Below, in pieces: positions 43,035 to 53,385 of a stretch of DNA of 64,000 nucleotides (the first letter of the stretch is position 1; each line of letters starts with the position of its first letter). The DNA lies in NCBI GenBank assembly GCA_017452505.1, contig JAFTMI010000011.1:1947-65946 (forward strand), given 5' to 3'. This DNA is from Oscillospiraceae bacterium (GTDB taxonomy: Bacteria > Bacillota > Clostridia > Oscillospirales > Oscillospiraceae). The notes beneath the pieces were generated by a model. The model saw only the letters and a list, made by a program, of their open reading frames with translations, did no database searches and was not told the origin of the DNA. A program made the translations under genes and the position numbers.

Positions 43035-44882
43035 CTATTTCAGCCGTACAGTAACTGTATCCCGGTCAGCCTCCAGCAAATACAGGTCTCCTGCAAGCCG
43101 GGTAAGCTTGCCGCCTGTTACTGTGCCGGGTTCTTTCTCATTGAATCTGACAAGGAATTGCGCGTCATCATAAAAATTATCGATACGCAGAACCATCTCG
43201 TGGTCCTGCACCTGCATCTCCGGTATAACCGCCGCAAAGCGCTGCACCGCCGCAGAAAATTCCGTGCCTGTAAAGTTCCGCAGGTTGGGAGCAGAAGTGT
43301 AAAGCCAGCTCAGATAGCTGTCAAAGCGGTTCTTCAGTTCCTTCCAACCCAGCTCTGCACCACGCTCCGGGTCCAATGAATCGTCCGGGTGGGTGAAGTG
43401 GTTGTTCACATAGTGCATATTCAGCTCGGAAAACGCGCCCATGGTCATAAAATCGTCAATGTCACAGCCGGAAATAATACGGGGCTGATCCACCACGCCG
43501 TTTTCGTCCACTTCATACTCCTGCAGGAGTGCAAAGTCCAGCGCATCATCGGGCAGATAAATACCGGACAGGGTGGTCACCTGGGGGAATTCCTGCAAAA
43601 GCATCTGTTTGCCTTCCTCGGCCAACAGGTTAGACGGCGGCACATACACCGCCATCTTCACATCGGGGAACAGTTCGTCGCAAAAATCCACCAAATGCCC
43701 AAAGGCCTTCTCCATGGCTTCCATATCCTGCCAGGTCTTATAATCGTAGATATCCTTGTAGTCCTTATTGCCCAAAGCAAGGGGCTGATGGTTATAGCCG
43801 TGATAGCCCAGCTCGCCGCCCTTGCGCAGGAGCATATTGCCAAAGTTTAAGAATGTACCCGTATCGGGCTGGGCATCGGTGGTGCCGTCAACGGCATCGT
43901 CGTAGCATTCAATGGCAAGGCCGGTATATTTGAGGCCGTATTTATCGGAGAGGTTCATCATGTCCGGCCACCAGATATTGATGTAAAAGTCCCGGATGGT
44001 AGTGCCGAAATCCCGGGTGATGTATGTGCTGTTGCCGCTGGGGATCTGGGAGGGAAAATCGTCCAAGTAGAAGGTAGATCCGTTGATGACCGGATAAAGG
44101 GAAACCTCCCCGAACAGGCTTAAAGATGCGGCAAAGAACCCTCTGTAGGCCTTGTCGCACATACCGAAATTGTTCACCACAAATTTGCCCTTGCCGTAGG
44201 CGGCCTCCCAAATAAGGGGCACACCCTGTTCATCGCCCTCCCGGGCATAAATCTTCGTGGTCTTGGGGCTGAGCTGAACGGTTCTTGCGGATTCATAGGC
44301 ATCGGGCACGGCAAAGGCCTTGCCGCCACCCACCATAAAATCGCCGTCCACATAAATGTGGTCCACCAGGGTATATTCGTAGGAAGCCTCAATGCCCAGC
44401 TTATTCTCAATGGCAGAGGAGTAGGCATTTTGGTCGATGGTCAAGGGAAAGTACACATTGCCACCCTCCTGGACCCACCGGCAAATATCGATAATCCGGT
44501 CGCCCACATAGGAAAGGTCTGAAAACAAAATGATGACCACCTTGTAGTTTGCAAGACTGGGAATGGCCGTCTTTGCCAAATTCACAGCCTTTGTTCCCCA
44601 TTTCATATCGGAAAGAATGACTTCAAACTGCCCATAAGCATCGCTGGAGGCCTTGTCCGCGGTGCTGTACAGCAGCAGCGTTTCCTGCTTCACTGCATTG
44701 TAGGCCGCCGTTTTGGTGACCACCTGCTCTTTAGGGAGCAGGTCCAGCTGCTTTTGGGTAAAGTTTACCTGCACGCCGCTCAATTCCACAAACAGAATGG
44801 CCGCGATCAAAGCAAAAACCAGGGCAATCATCAGGGTGCCCTTAAAGCGGAAATTTTCAATTTTTGCTTTCAGCTTTCCCAA
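43035..44882 (-). CDS. pelA: DUF2194 / PelA-type polysaccharide deacetylase
   Basis: FYLDDFP, HGYNHQPL, YVPPSN and HPDD. Confidence 0.85.
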   Translation of the reverse strand: MGKLKAKIENFRFKGTLMIALVFALIAAILFVELSGVQVNFTQKQLDLLPKEQVVTKTAAYNAVKQETLLLYSTADKASSDAYGQFEVILSDMKWGTKAVNLAKTAIPSLANYKVVIILFSDLSYVGDRIIDICRWVQEGGNVYFPLTIDQNAYSSAIENKLGIEASYEYTLVDHIYVDGDFMVGGGKAFAVPDAYESARTVQLSPKTTKIYAREGDEQGVPLIWEAAYGKGKFVVNNFGMCDKAYRGFFAASLSLFGEVSLYPVINGSTFYLDDFPSQIPSGNSTYITRDFGTTIRDFYINIWWPDMMNLSDKYGLKYTGLAIECYDDAVDGTTDAQPDTGTFLNFGNMLLRKGGELGYHGYNHQPLALGNKDYKDIYDYKTWQDMEAMEKAFGHLVDFCDELFPDVKMAVYVPPSNLLAEEGKQMLLQEFPQVTTLSGIYLPDDALDFALLQEYEVDENGVVDQPRIISGCDIDDFMTMGAFSELNMHYVNNHFTHPDDSLDPERGAELGWKELKNRFDSYLSWLYTSAPNLRNFTGTEFSAAVQRFAAVIPEMQVQDHEMVLRIDNFYDDAQFLVRFNEKEPGTVTGGKLTRLAGDLYLLEADRDTVTVRLK

Positions 44883-45757
44883 AATGCCAAAACCTCCTTT
44901 GTGGCAGAAGACAGGTAAATATGTTTTGTTTGAATCTCTTTGAGCAGGGCCTTGATCTCCTCGCCCTTTCCCAAAGAAGCCAAATAGTTAAGCCGGCTCA
45001 GATAATATTCCTCACTGTTCGGATACAGGGTCTGCATCTGCACCAGCAAGGCAGATGCCTGGGTATAGTTTTTGCGGCGCAATTCATTTTCCACCGCCCA
45101 CTGAAAATCGGTGATGCTACCTGCAGTCAAGGCCAGTTTTTTCTCCATAAGGGAGGAAAACAGCTCCCGGTTCAGCACTTCCACCTGGCCCTGCATCAGA
45201 TTCTGGGAAAGGCAGCTCCACAGGAAATCCGTGTAGCCGGTGAGCACTTCCACATTCTCCGGGTCCTTGGCGTGCTGCCGTTCAAAATCCTGGAGCTTGT
45301 AGTCGTTTTCCTTGGAAATCTCCACCATGGCCGTAACCGCATAGTGGACCACTTCCGTGTCCTCGTTGTTGCCGGCTTTCTGCAAAAACTCTATGTACTC
45401 CTTGGGGTTGTCGTTGAGCACGTCCATAATGATGGTCCGCCGCTCCTTGGCCGAGTTCACCAACAGCGCCTCCTCAATGGGCACCGTGTTGGCCGCCACC
45501 TTTTTTTCGTCCACGGTGACGCTTCTGTAAAGCTCCGACTCTAACTTCAGCTTTTCCACACCCACATCGATACCATCATCGGCATGGAAGAAAATCTGAA
45601 AATGCAGAATGAGAACTGTCAGCACACCCCAAAAGGGCATAAACAGCGCCACGAAGAACATATACTTGTGGACTTTCAGAATATCAAATTGAATACCCAA
45701 AAACACCAGCACACTGATGATCAGGTGCAAGATCAGTAGGATGATATAAATCCACAT
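44870..45757 (-). CDS. pelE: PelE-like protein (2 TM + helical/TPR-like domain)
   Basis: VPIEEAL and DTEVVHYA; position between pelD and pelA. Confidence 0.75.
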   Translation of the reverse strand: MWIYIILLILHLIISVLVFLGIQFDILKVHKYMFFVALFMPFWGVLTVLILHFQIFFHADDGIDVGVEKLKLESELYRSVTVDEKKVAANTVPIEEALLVNSAKERRTIIMDVLNDNPKEYIEFLQKAGNNEDTEVVHYAVTAMVEISKENDYKLQDFERQHAKDPENVEVLTGYTDFLWSCLSQNLMQGQVEVLNRELFSSLMEKKLALTAGSITDFQWAVENELRRKNYTQASALLVQMQTLYPNSEEYYLSRLNYLASLGKGEEIKALLKEIQTKHIYLSSATKEVLAFWES

Positions 45758-45771
45758 TCTGCAATCTTTCC

Positions 45772-48543
45772 TTACTTTACTTCTACTTGGAATCCCTCAA
45801 AACGGGGCAGTATATACGGCAGGTCCTTTTCCGTGGCCTGCGCAAGCAGCAGCTGCAGCTTGCCCTCCTCGGTGACGCCCATAATATCGTTGGCGCGGAC
45901 CTTGCCCCGGAGCAGACTGTCCATTTCTGCGCAGGTGCGGCCTTGCATATCTACCTCCAGCAAAATGTAGGTAGACACCTTCTTCTCGGAAAGAGCATCA
46001 TAGTTTGCCAGCACTTCCCCGAAGGCCTCTGCATTCATAATATGGGTGCCTGCAATGTACTGCTTTTCATAGACGGCCTGGTTATAGTCATAGGCCCGCA
46101 GCAGGGACATCTGCACCAAGTCCCGCAGGATTTTAAACAGGTTAACATAATATAGCGTTCTCTGTTCTACCTCTGCCCGCCACAGGAAGATCAGCAACTG
46201 GAGTTCTTCTCCTCTGTAAACACCTGCGGCATACATGGGATAATCCGGCTTCAAATCGGTATTGCGCCAGATCTCGCCGCCGGCGATCTTCTCAATAACC
46301 GGGGCATAGGTCTCGATGGAGATAGAGCGGGAGACCGTCTGCATAATATCCCGGGAGGCTACCTCCAGTCTGCCAAAGGTGCTTTGGCTGTTCACCGAGT
46401 ACACGGTAATCGTCTTATTTTCCAGGACCTCTTCAAAGGTCTCCATGATCCGCAGATACAGCTGCTGGGGCGCTACCGTATCCAGCTTGCGGGTGATGTC
46501 AAAAATCTTGCCGAAGCTGTCCTTGGAGCCGATGATCTGCTTTTTCAGATCCCGCTTCTCCTTATAGGTGTCCTCATAGATCTCCCGGGTAAAGACCAGC
46601 TTATCCTCCAGGAGCTTATTCTCGTCACTGACAAAGCGAATGGTATCGTCCTTGCGGAGCTTAACATAGCCGCACAGAGAACCCACTAAGAAGAAAAACA
46701 CAAAGGCCAGCCAGTTCGTGGGCTCATAGAAGATGGTGAGCACATTGGTGCCGGACGCCACCTTGGCCACAAGCCAGGATACACTGCTTAAAAAAGATGC
46801 TGCCAGACCAAAATACAGGCCGTGGACCGTGGCCATCACCACAATGAATGCCATACGGAAATCCACAATGGAGAAGATCACCGCAGAGTCGGTAAGATAC
46901 AGCAAAAGCTCCGTGAGCGCAAACAGCAGAATCAGCTCTGCGATCTTTACAAACAGACTATGCTCTTCTAACCATTTTTTGATTTTTTGCCAAAGGGTTA
47001 GGGTCTTTTCCTGCTTGATGACCAGGTATTTTTCGTATTCCTCTGCCAGATCCTCCAGCAGAGAAATTCTGGCAAACCAGCCATACGCGTTGCGAATGCC
47101 CTTGTTGTTTACTTCCAGCTTTCCGCTGTCACCGGTCGCGGCAAATTCAAACTGTGCCTTTTCACACAGCTGCGTCGTCTTTTCGGCCAGATCTTGAAAG
47201 GTGATGGAAAAATCATCGCCCACGGACAAAATGCCGCTTTGACTCTTCCAGTTGTCGATCATGCGGGCAATCAGCCGGGCCAGGTCGGAAAGGGCGATAA
47301 AATGCGCTTGGGTTTCCGGCAAGGCTTCCAGGGACACAGGCTTGTGCTTGTAGATTTGCTCGAACATCTTGTAGAGGAAATCCTTGCTGTAGCTGCCGGA
47401 ATACAGATAGGGAACCTGCACCACTTTGATATCCAGTGTGGAATCTTTTGCATAGAACTGACAAAGCTTTTCCTTTGCCTCAGACAAAATGGCTCTGTCG
47501 GTTTTTTCTTTGAACGCCGAATCCAAAGAGGACAGGAACAGAATCTTGATGTCCTTGCCGGTGGCTTTGGCGGATTCCAAAACCTCTCTGAGCTCCTCGG
47601 CATCGTTTTTCTCGGTGGTCTGATAGGTAAGGTCGCCGGAAAAATACACCACCGCATCAAAATCGTAGGTTTCAAAAATGGCCTTGATAGAGGGCTTCCT
47701 GATGCGGAACAGCTTGATCTTATCCGCAGAGCCCAAAACCGTATTGCCCACCACGGTGACCTTACTGCCGGGGAAGGCTTCCTCTATAAAGCTTTCCGTC
47801 AAATACTCCGTATTGCCAATGCACAGCACCCGCTCCGGCACAAAACCTGCGTGTCCCGATATCACGGCTCTGTTTTTATACAGCGTTTCCCGCAAGGAAA
47901 CCAGGGCGCTGTGGTTCACCACCTTCATCAGGCAATCGATCAGCACTTCATTGAACACGCCGCACATACCGCTGGAGATCATCTGAATGGCAACATCCTG
48001 AGAAAAAGCATCCTTGTAGCTGCGGTTACTGGTAAGGGCATCATAGGCATCCGCCAAAGAAACAACCTGGGCAGACAGGGGAATATCCTCACCTTTCAGT
48101 CCTTCCGGATAACCGGTGCCGTCATACCGCTCATGGTGATAAAGGGCAATTTCCTTTGCATACTCTTTGATCTCGGCGGAAACAGCATCTACGCTGCACC
48201 CGTCTATGATCTCTGCACCGAAGGTGGTATGCTTTTTGACAATGTCATATTCCAAAGGAGAAAGCTTCCCGGGAAAATCGAGAATGCTCTTGGGAATTCT
48301 GGACTTGCCAATGTCGTGCAAGGAGGATGCCACGGCAATTGCCTTGATTTGCTCCTCGGTCAGGGAAACCGTTTCCTTCAGTTGATCCAATATCAGTTCC
48401 GTGAGCATACGCACATGGTAAATATGGAAGCCACTTTCGCCGTTCAACTCTTTGGGAATGGTCTTTTCATCAAAGGTGCGTATCTGTAAGGCATTGTCTG
48501 CCCCATTGTTTTGGAAAACCAATACGCTGTTGCTGTTTGTCAC
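45772..48543 (-). CDS. pelD: HD-GYP + degenerate SDR + TM + GAF + degenerate GGDEF fusion (PelD-like)
   Basis: HDIGK and HHERYDGTGYP at the N-terminus; C-terminal RAND (RxxD I-site); first gene of the pel operon. Confidence 0.8.
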   Translation of the reverse strand: MTNSNSVLVFQNNGADNALQIRTFDEKTIPKELNGESGFHIYHVRMLTELILDQLKETVSLTEEQIKAIAVASSLHDIGKSRIPKSILDFPGKLSPLEYDIVKKHTTFGAEIIDGCSVDAVSAEIKEYAKEIALYHHERYDGTGYPEGLKGEDIPLSAQVVSLADAYDALTSNRSYKDAFSQDVAIQMISSGMCGVFNEVLIDCLMKVVNHSALVSLRETLYKNRAVISGHAGFVPERVLCIGNTEYLTESFIEEAFPGSKVTVVGNTVLGSADKIKLFRIRKPSIKAIFETYDFDAVVYFSGDLTYQTTEKNDAEELREVLESAKATGKDIKILFLSSLDSAFKEKTDRAILSEAKEKLCQFYAKDSTLDIKVVQVPYLYSGSYSKDFLYKMFEQIYKHKPVSLEALPETQAHFIALSDLARLIARMIDNWKSQSGILSVGDDFSITFQDLAEKTTQLCEKAQFEFAATGDSGKLEVNNKGIRNAYGWFARISLLEDLAEEYEKYLVIKQEKTLTLWQKIKKWLEEHSLFVKIAELILLFALTELLLYLTDSAVIFSIVDFRMAFIVVMATVHGLYFGLAASFLSSVSWLVAKVASGTNVLTIFYEPTNWLAFVFFFLVGSLCGYVKLRKDDTIRFVSDENKLLEDKLVFTREIYEDTYKEKRDLKKQIIGSKDSFGKIFDITRKLDTVAPQQLYLRIMETFEEVLENKTITVYSVNSQSTFGRLEVASRDIMQTVSRSISIETYAPVIEKIAGGEIWRNTDLKPDYPMYAAGVYRGEELQLLIFLWRAEVEQRTLYYVNLFKILRDLVQMSLLRAYDYNQAVYEKQYIAGTHIMNAEAFGEVLANYDALSEKKVSTYILLEVDMQGRTCAEMDSLLRGKVRANDIMGVTEEGKLQLLLAQATEKDLPYILPRFEGFQVEVK

Positions 48544-48589
48544 AAACCCCCTCTCCTTTCCCCCAAAAAGTATAGTTCTCTAATTTATT

Positions 48590-48618
48590 ATTATAGTATT
48601 TTATGCATTTATTGTCAA
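48590..48618 (-). promoter_or_regulatory. Consensus sigma-A promoter of the pel operon
   Basis: Minus strand TTGACA-17-TATAAT. Confidence 0.85.
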
Positions 48619-48727
48619 TGAAAAGCCGCGGTAAATCCTGTTATACTGCCAAAAAATAATCCCACTGCGCTAAAACAAAAAAGAACCTGTCTTTTTTCTC
48701 AAAAGTCAGGTTCTTTTTTATTCTGTT

Positions 48728-49915
48728 TTACGCTTTTGGGCAGTCCTCTAACAGCTGCATACATTTAGACAGCATTCTCATCACATGGAACGGGCCTTTA
48801 TAGGTGTGGCCCTTGCAGGCAGGCTCTGTGGGCAAGCCGTCCCGGCGCAGGTAGCCGAACCATTCGCCGTGCTCTCTGTCCGAGAAATGGGCAAAGGCAT
48901 AGTCACTGACCTGGTTGAAAATATCCCAATACTTTCTATCGTCCGTAATGCGATAGAGCATCAAGGAAGCAATCATAGCCTCGTTGTGGGGCCACCAAAG
49001 CTTCATATCGTGCTCATAGGCTTCCACAGGCAAGCCCAAAATATCCTTAAAGTACAAAATACCGCCGTATTCCTTGTCCCAGCCCAGGGCAAAGGCATTG
49101 TCAAACACCTGTGCGGCAAATTTTATAAGGGCACCATCCTGTCTGCGCACCGCCTCCTCCAGCAAAAACCACGCGCACTCAATATCGTGTCCAGGGTTGA
49201 TCACTCTGCAGGTGGCCGTGTTCAGAATCACGCTGTTGTCATCGGCGTTGATATTTTCAAACATGGCCTTGTATTCCGGCTTATAAAAGCACTGAATATC
49301 CTTGATCAAATCTGTGATGATCCCATCATAATAGGAAAACCGCTCCGTGTCCGCCTGCCGCATAATAGATGCTACATTCATGAGGATCATGGGATTGGCA
49401 AGGGTCTTGGTGTTGCGGGTTTCAGCATAGCTTTTGGGTGTGATCTTATAGGGATCTGTCTGCGGGTATTTGTACATCCCATACACAAAGTCAAAATACT
49501 TTTGGGCGGTTTTCAGATAAGCGCTGTCCTTGGTCGCCATATAGTATTCCGCATTTGCCATGATGTAAAAGGTTTCAGAGAACCAATATCTGCGCTTGCG
49601 CAGAGGCTGACCGTCCCGGGTGACCGTAAAGAACATACGGCCATCGCTGTCAATACAATGCTCTGTAGCAAAATCGATGCAGCTTTTGGCAAAGGTCAGA
49701 TATTCTTCTTTTTGATCGATGTGATTGTAGATATAAGAGAACATCCAGCCTGCACGGCCCTGCATCCAGACACTTTTATCCTCGGAATAGACCTTTCCTT
49801 CCCGGTCAAGGCAGTTGATAATGCCGCCGTGTTCCCGGTCCTGGGCATTTGTAAGCCAAAAGGGGATGCAGAAGTCCATCAGTTCGCTTTTCAGTTTGTT
49901 ATATAATTCTTTCAT
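48728..49915 (-). CDS. AGE family epimerase (N-acylglucosamine 2-epimerase-like)
   Basis: KSVWMQGR, NPGHDIE, KLWWPHNE, EWFGYL and KGPFH. Confidence 0.92.
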   Translation of the reverse strand: MKELYNKLKSELMDFCIPFWLTNAQDREHGGIINCLDREGKVYSEDKSVWMQGRAGWMFSYIYNHIDQKEEYLTFAKSCIDFATEHCIDSDGRMFFTVTRDGQPLRKRRYWFSETFYIMANAEYYMATKDSAYLKTAQKYFDFVYGMYKYPQTDPYKITPKSYAETRNTKTLANPMILMNVASIMRQADTERFSYYDGIITDLIKDIQCFYKPEYKAMFENINADDNSVILNTATCRVINPGHDIECAWFLLEEAVRRQDGALIKFAAQVFDNAFALGWDKEYGGILYFKDILGLPVEAYEHDMKLWWPHNEAMIASLMLYRITDDRKYWDIFNQVSDYAFAHFSDREHGEWFGYLRRDGLPTEPACKGHTYKGPFHVMRMLSKCMQLLEDCPKA

Positions 49916-49924
49916 AGCGGCACC

Positions 49925-51379
49925 TCACAGATTGGCAAAATTCACGCAAGGATATTGCGCTACCTGCTCTACCATTTCCATTGCATCACGATTGGGCGTC
50001 CAAAGCATTTCCGCGTACAGCGCCACAGGGAATGTGATTTGATTGCCCAGCATAGCATCTTCAACCAGCGCCTCAACAATGGTATCTTCCTTACCAAAAC
50101 GGGCAACCGTGGCAATGATTTGGCGGACATAGTCTGCATTTTTTAACCAACTTGCCTGCTGGAGCTTCCAGGCCCTGTCCTTTTTCATCTGCCGCCGCTT
50201 GATATAGTTGCCGGTTCTTTCACCCAGGATATAGGGCGCAGTAAAATGTTCAAAGGTTCCCCAATCTAAGTTCAGCATTCCCTTTAAGACCGCGCCCCAT
50301 TTTTCATCGCTGCCCCGCAGCTTTAGCGTCTGCTCGGTAATGGCAACGGTTTCGGCAAAGCCCTCCACATGGTCGGCAAGATAATTATAGGGGAAGCTGC
50401 CGCAATCCTCCCAAACAATATGGATCCGCTTGTCCACTTTCTTTAAGTGCTCCAATTTTTCCCGCACAGAGGTCGCGTGCAGGCCAAATTGAATTTGCAG
50501 ATCGGGATACTTTTCAAAAAGGCTTGCCGAAATATCGTTTACCAGCTCCGTGACGATCTGGGCAACGGGTTTTCCGCCAATTTCCGACATGTTGTGCTCG
50601 GTAAAGGTCTGGAAATAGATGCCGTCCGCGCCGGTGTGGCTATACTCTTTTTCGTAGGTACGCAAGACCCGCTCCTTGATTTCCGCAATTAACTGATCTC
50701 CATAGCGGTCAAGAACATTTTTACAATTGGAGGTATCCCAGCCCCAGGCAAAGCCCCAGATCACCTTAATATTCAGGCTGTGGGCATAGTCCACCACGTC
50801 CTTTGCATTCAGCGGCGCCACATCATTCCAGATGATGATCTCGTTCAGCCGCAGCTTTGCCATATTCTCAAAGAACTTCCGGTAATCGTAAATGACATGC
50901 CCCCAGGTCCAGATAGCCCGGCGCTTGATGGCAGGGGCAGCGGTCATTTTCCAGGGGTTCAGCTCTTTTTCAAAGGGCATATCAAAGATGCTTTCGCCCC
51001 AAATGTTCTTATCCACATAGACAGGGCCACCAAGGTATTTATTGCAGAAATCCATGCAGCCGTACAAAACACCTGCCGCATCATAACCGACGATCACCAG
51101 CATTTGGTTTTCTTCCCCAAATGCGCTGTCACCCACATAAATGGAGTAGCCCTCTTTTTCTGCCGGCATATCGGTTTTGCATTTGGCAAGGAATCCGCTA
51201 TCGGCTTTTCCCACGAAAATGATATTGTTGTTTTCCAGTTCCTCTTGGGTTACTTCCTCAGCAGATTTTATGGGCAGGACATAGGAAACGCCACCGGCGA
51301 TCACGGCATACAGCTGATTGACCGCAGTCTTTTCCAGGCCCTCGTAGCTATCTGTTAAAAAAATCCATCGTTTTTCCAT
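49925..51379 (-). CDS. Uncharacterised glycoside-hydrolase-like protein (HexNAcase domain-2-like N-terminus + probable TIM barrel)
   Basis: EGYSI...GYDAAGVLYG...PAIKRRAIW pattern of GH20/67/115-type N-domains. Confidence 0.55.
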   Translation of the reverse strand: MEKRWIFLTDSYEGLEKTAVNQLYAVIAGGVSYVLPIKSAEEVTQEELENNNIIFVGKADSGFLAKCKTDMPAEKEGYSIYVGDSAFGEENQMLVIVGYDAAGVLYGCMDFCNKYLGGPVYVDKNIWGESIFDMPFEKELNPWKMTAAPAIKRRAIWTWGHVIYDYRKFFENMAKLRLNEIIIWNDVAPLNAKDVVDYAHSLNIKVIWGFAWGWDTSNCKNVLDRYGDQLIAEIKERVLRTYEKEYSHTGADGIYFQTFTEHNMSEIGGKPVAQIVTELVNDISASLFEKYPDLQIQFGLHATSVREKLEHLKKVDKRIHIVWEDCGSFPYNYLADHVEGFAETVAITEQTLKLRGSDEKWGAVLKGMLNLDWGTFEHFTAPYILGERTGNYIKRRQMKKDRAWKLQQASWLKNADYVRQIIATVARFGKEDTIVEALVEDAMLGNQITFPVALYAEMLWTPNRDAMEMVEQVAQYPCVNFANL

Positions 51380-51394
51380 TTTATCGTCCCCCTA

Positions 51395-52225
51395 TTATAT
51401 CTCGATTTCTATACCGTCGTAGGCAACCTCTATACCGGTGCCTGCAAAGATTTCTTCCACTTTTTCGTGGTATTCGGATTTATTGTGGGTTATGTGGGTT
51501 ACCACATGGCGGGTATGGGCATCTGCAATACCAAGCTGCTCCAATTCCGTTTTGAGGCGTTTATTTTCCTCGTAACCCATGTGATAGATATAAGTTTTCG
51601 CCGGAGCAAAACCAAAGGTACCGTCCATGACAACAAGGTCAAAGATTTTCCCCAGGCTTTGCAGATAGGCAAGTGTCTCTTCCGTAGGATAGCCGCTGTC
51701 CACAAGATAAAGAATGCGCTTATCCCCTTGTTCGATGATGTAATTCAAGCTTCCCAGCTCCGGGGAATGCAAAGCTTTGAGGGGCGTAACCGCATATTCG
51801 CCGATGCTGACTGTTTTCTGCGGCGCAAGGGCAACAAACTGAATATGTTCCCGGATGGGTTCCGGAATGTTTACAGCATCACAAATTTGCTCCAGGTTAG
51901 CCGGCCCGTAAAAATAAACATCTTGATATTTCAAGTTGTGGGCGGCAAAGCCACCGCGATCAGACAGCAGCTGCGGCACATAATGGTCTCTGTGGGAATG
52001 GGTGATCAAGACATTTTGCAATTGCCCCAGATTCACGCCGAAACGCAAACAATGGGCATTTGTGTCAGCAGGAAAATCGATCAGCAAATCGTCATTTATG
52101 ATGGATTGCGAAAGGGATCTTAAGCTTTTTTCACCCATTTTCCGGGCTGTTTCACAATGCTCACAGGAGCAAAAGGGGGCAGGAAATCCCTCGCCACCGC
52201 CACTGCCTAAAATTCTGATTTTCAC
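51395..52225 (-). CDS. MBL-fold hydrolase, PhnP-like
   Basis: LGSGGGEGFPAPFCSCEHC, THSHRDH and THITH. Confidence 0.85.
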   Translation of the reverse strand: MKIRILGSGGGEGFPAPFCSCEHCETARKMGEKSLRSLSQSIINDDLLIDFPADTNAHCLRFGVNLGQLQNVLITHSHRDHYVPQLLSDRGGFAAHNLKYQDVYFYGPANLEQICDAVNIPEPIREHIQFVALAPQKTVSIGEYAVTPLKALHSPELGSLNYIIEQGDKRILYLVDSGYPTEETLAYLQSLGKIFDLVVMDGTFGFAPAKTYIYHMGYEENKRLKTELEQLGIADAHTRHVVTHITHNKSEYHEKVEEIFAGTGIEVAYDGIEIEI

Positions 52226-52374
52226 AAAAACACCTCCGGCAAAATAATGGTCTCTTCCAATTATTAGAATACACCTTTTATATTCATAATACCATATCCG
52301 AATATCTTAGAAATTATATCATTTTTTGTCTTTTCAAATGTTGACATCTTCGCCCGTTGTGATAAAATGGTGCT

Positions 52375-53253
52375 ATGAAATACATAATTCAAAACAACGA
52401 TCGGCGCATTTTTCAAAACAGGTTCTACGACTTTGAAACCAAAGCGTTGCTTTCCCCCATTGAAACGCAAAACTATACCATCATTCAAGTTGCGGAATCC
52501 TATTATACCCACGACTTTTTCATCGACAATCACCAACAGTTCTGTGATTTGGAGCTGACCTTTTCCCATATAAACGGCCTGCTGTGCGCGGCAAATGAGG
52601 TATGGGAAACCGTCGATAAGCACGGACTCCATCTTGCCTTTCGCGGTGAGATCCACGCCTTGAAAAGTCGCAGAAGCGCACGGTTTCAAACCCTTGCCAT
52701 CAATTTCAAAGACGGGCCTTGTATGCCCCTGCTCCGGGCCATACAGGCAAAGGGTCAACGCAGCTTTTGTATGCCGGAAATTTTCGGATACCTGACCGAC
52801 ATCATATCCGAATTTATGCGGTCGGATGGGCCATTTCTGGAAAACAACTTAGACTGCCTGATCACCGCGGTTTTGGTGAAGATCGCCCGGTGGGGAACGG
52901 ACGAGCCCCTTGCCGAGATCTCATCCTACGACGATAAGGTATCCGCCATGAAGCAGTATATCGACACACGCTTTCTGCAGCTTTGCTCTTTGGAGGAAAT
53001 GGCGTATTCTTTTGGGTATACCTATAGCCATATCTCCAAGGTTTTCAAAAAAGCATACGGCGTAACCCCCAGCGACTATCTGCAGAAAAAGAAAGCAGAG
53101 TATGCCTGCAGCCTGCTGAAAGAAGGGGCAAAGCTGGAAGAAATTGCGGTGGTTTTAGGCTATTCCACAACATTTAACTTCAGCCGGGCCTTCAAAAACC
53201 AGCTTGGCCTTTCCCCAAGCGCCTATCGAAAACAAAGCAAACAAGCGAGGTAA
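52375..53253 (+). CDS. AraC family regulator
   Basis: C-terminal double HTH, GYSTTFNFSRAFK. Confidence 0.9.
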   Translation: MKYIIQNNDRRIFQNRFYDFETKALLSPIETQNYTIIQVAESYYTHDFFIDNHQQFCDLELTFSHINGLLCAANEVWETVDKHGLHLAFRGEIHALKSRRSARFQTLAINFKDGPCMPLLRAIQAKGQRSFCMPEIFGYLTDIISEFMRSDGPFLENNLDCLITAVLVKIARWGTDEPLAEISSYDDKVSAMKQYIDTRFLQLCSLEEMAYSFGYTYSHISKVFKKAYGVTPSDYLQKKKAEYACSLLKEGAKLEEIAVVLGYSTTFNFSRAFKNQLGLSPSAYRKQSKQAR

Positions 53254-53385
53254 AACCGGTGCGTTTCGTCCTTAGAACCAAAACATAGGCTCACCCCGTC
53301 AATCTTAACCACCGTTTGACAAACTCCAAAATCGTGTGTATGATGTAAACAGGATCAAAAAGATGAAGAAAAGAGGTAGATATTT

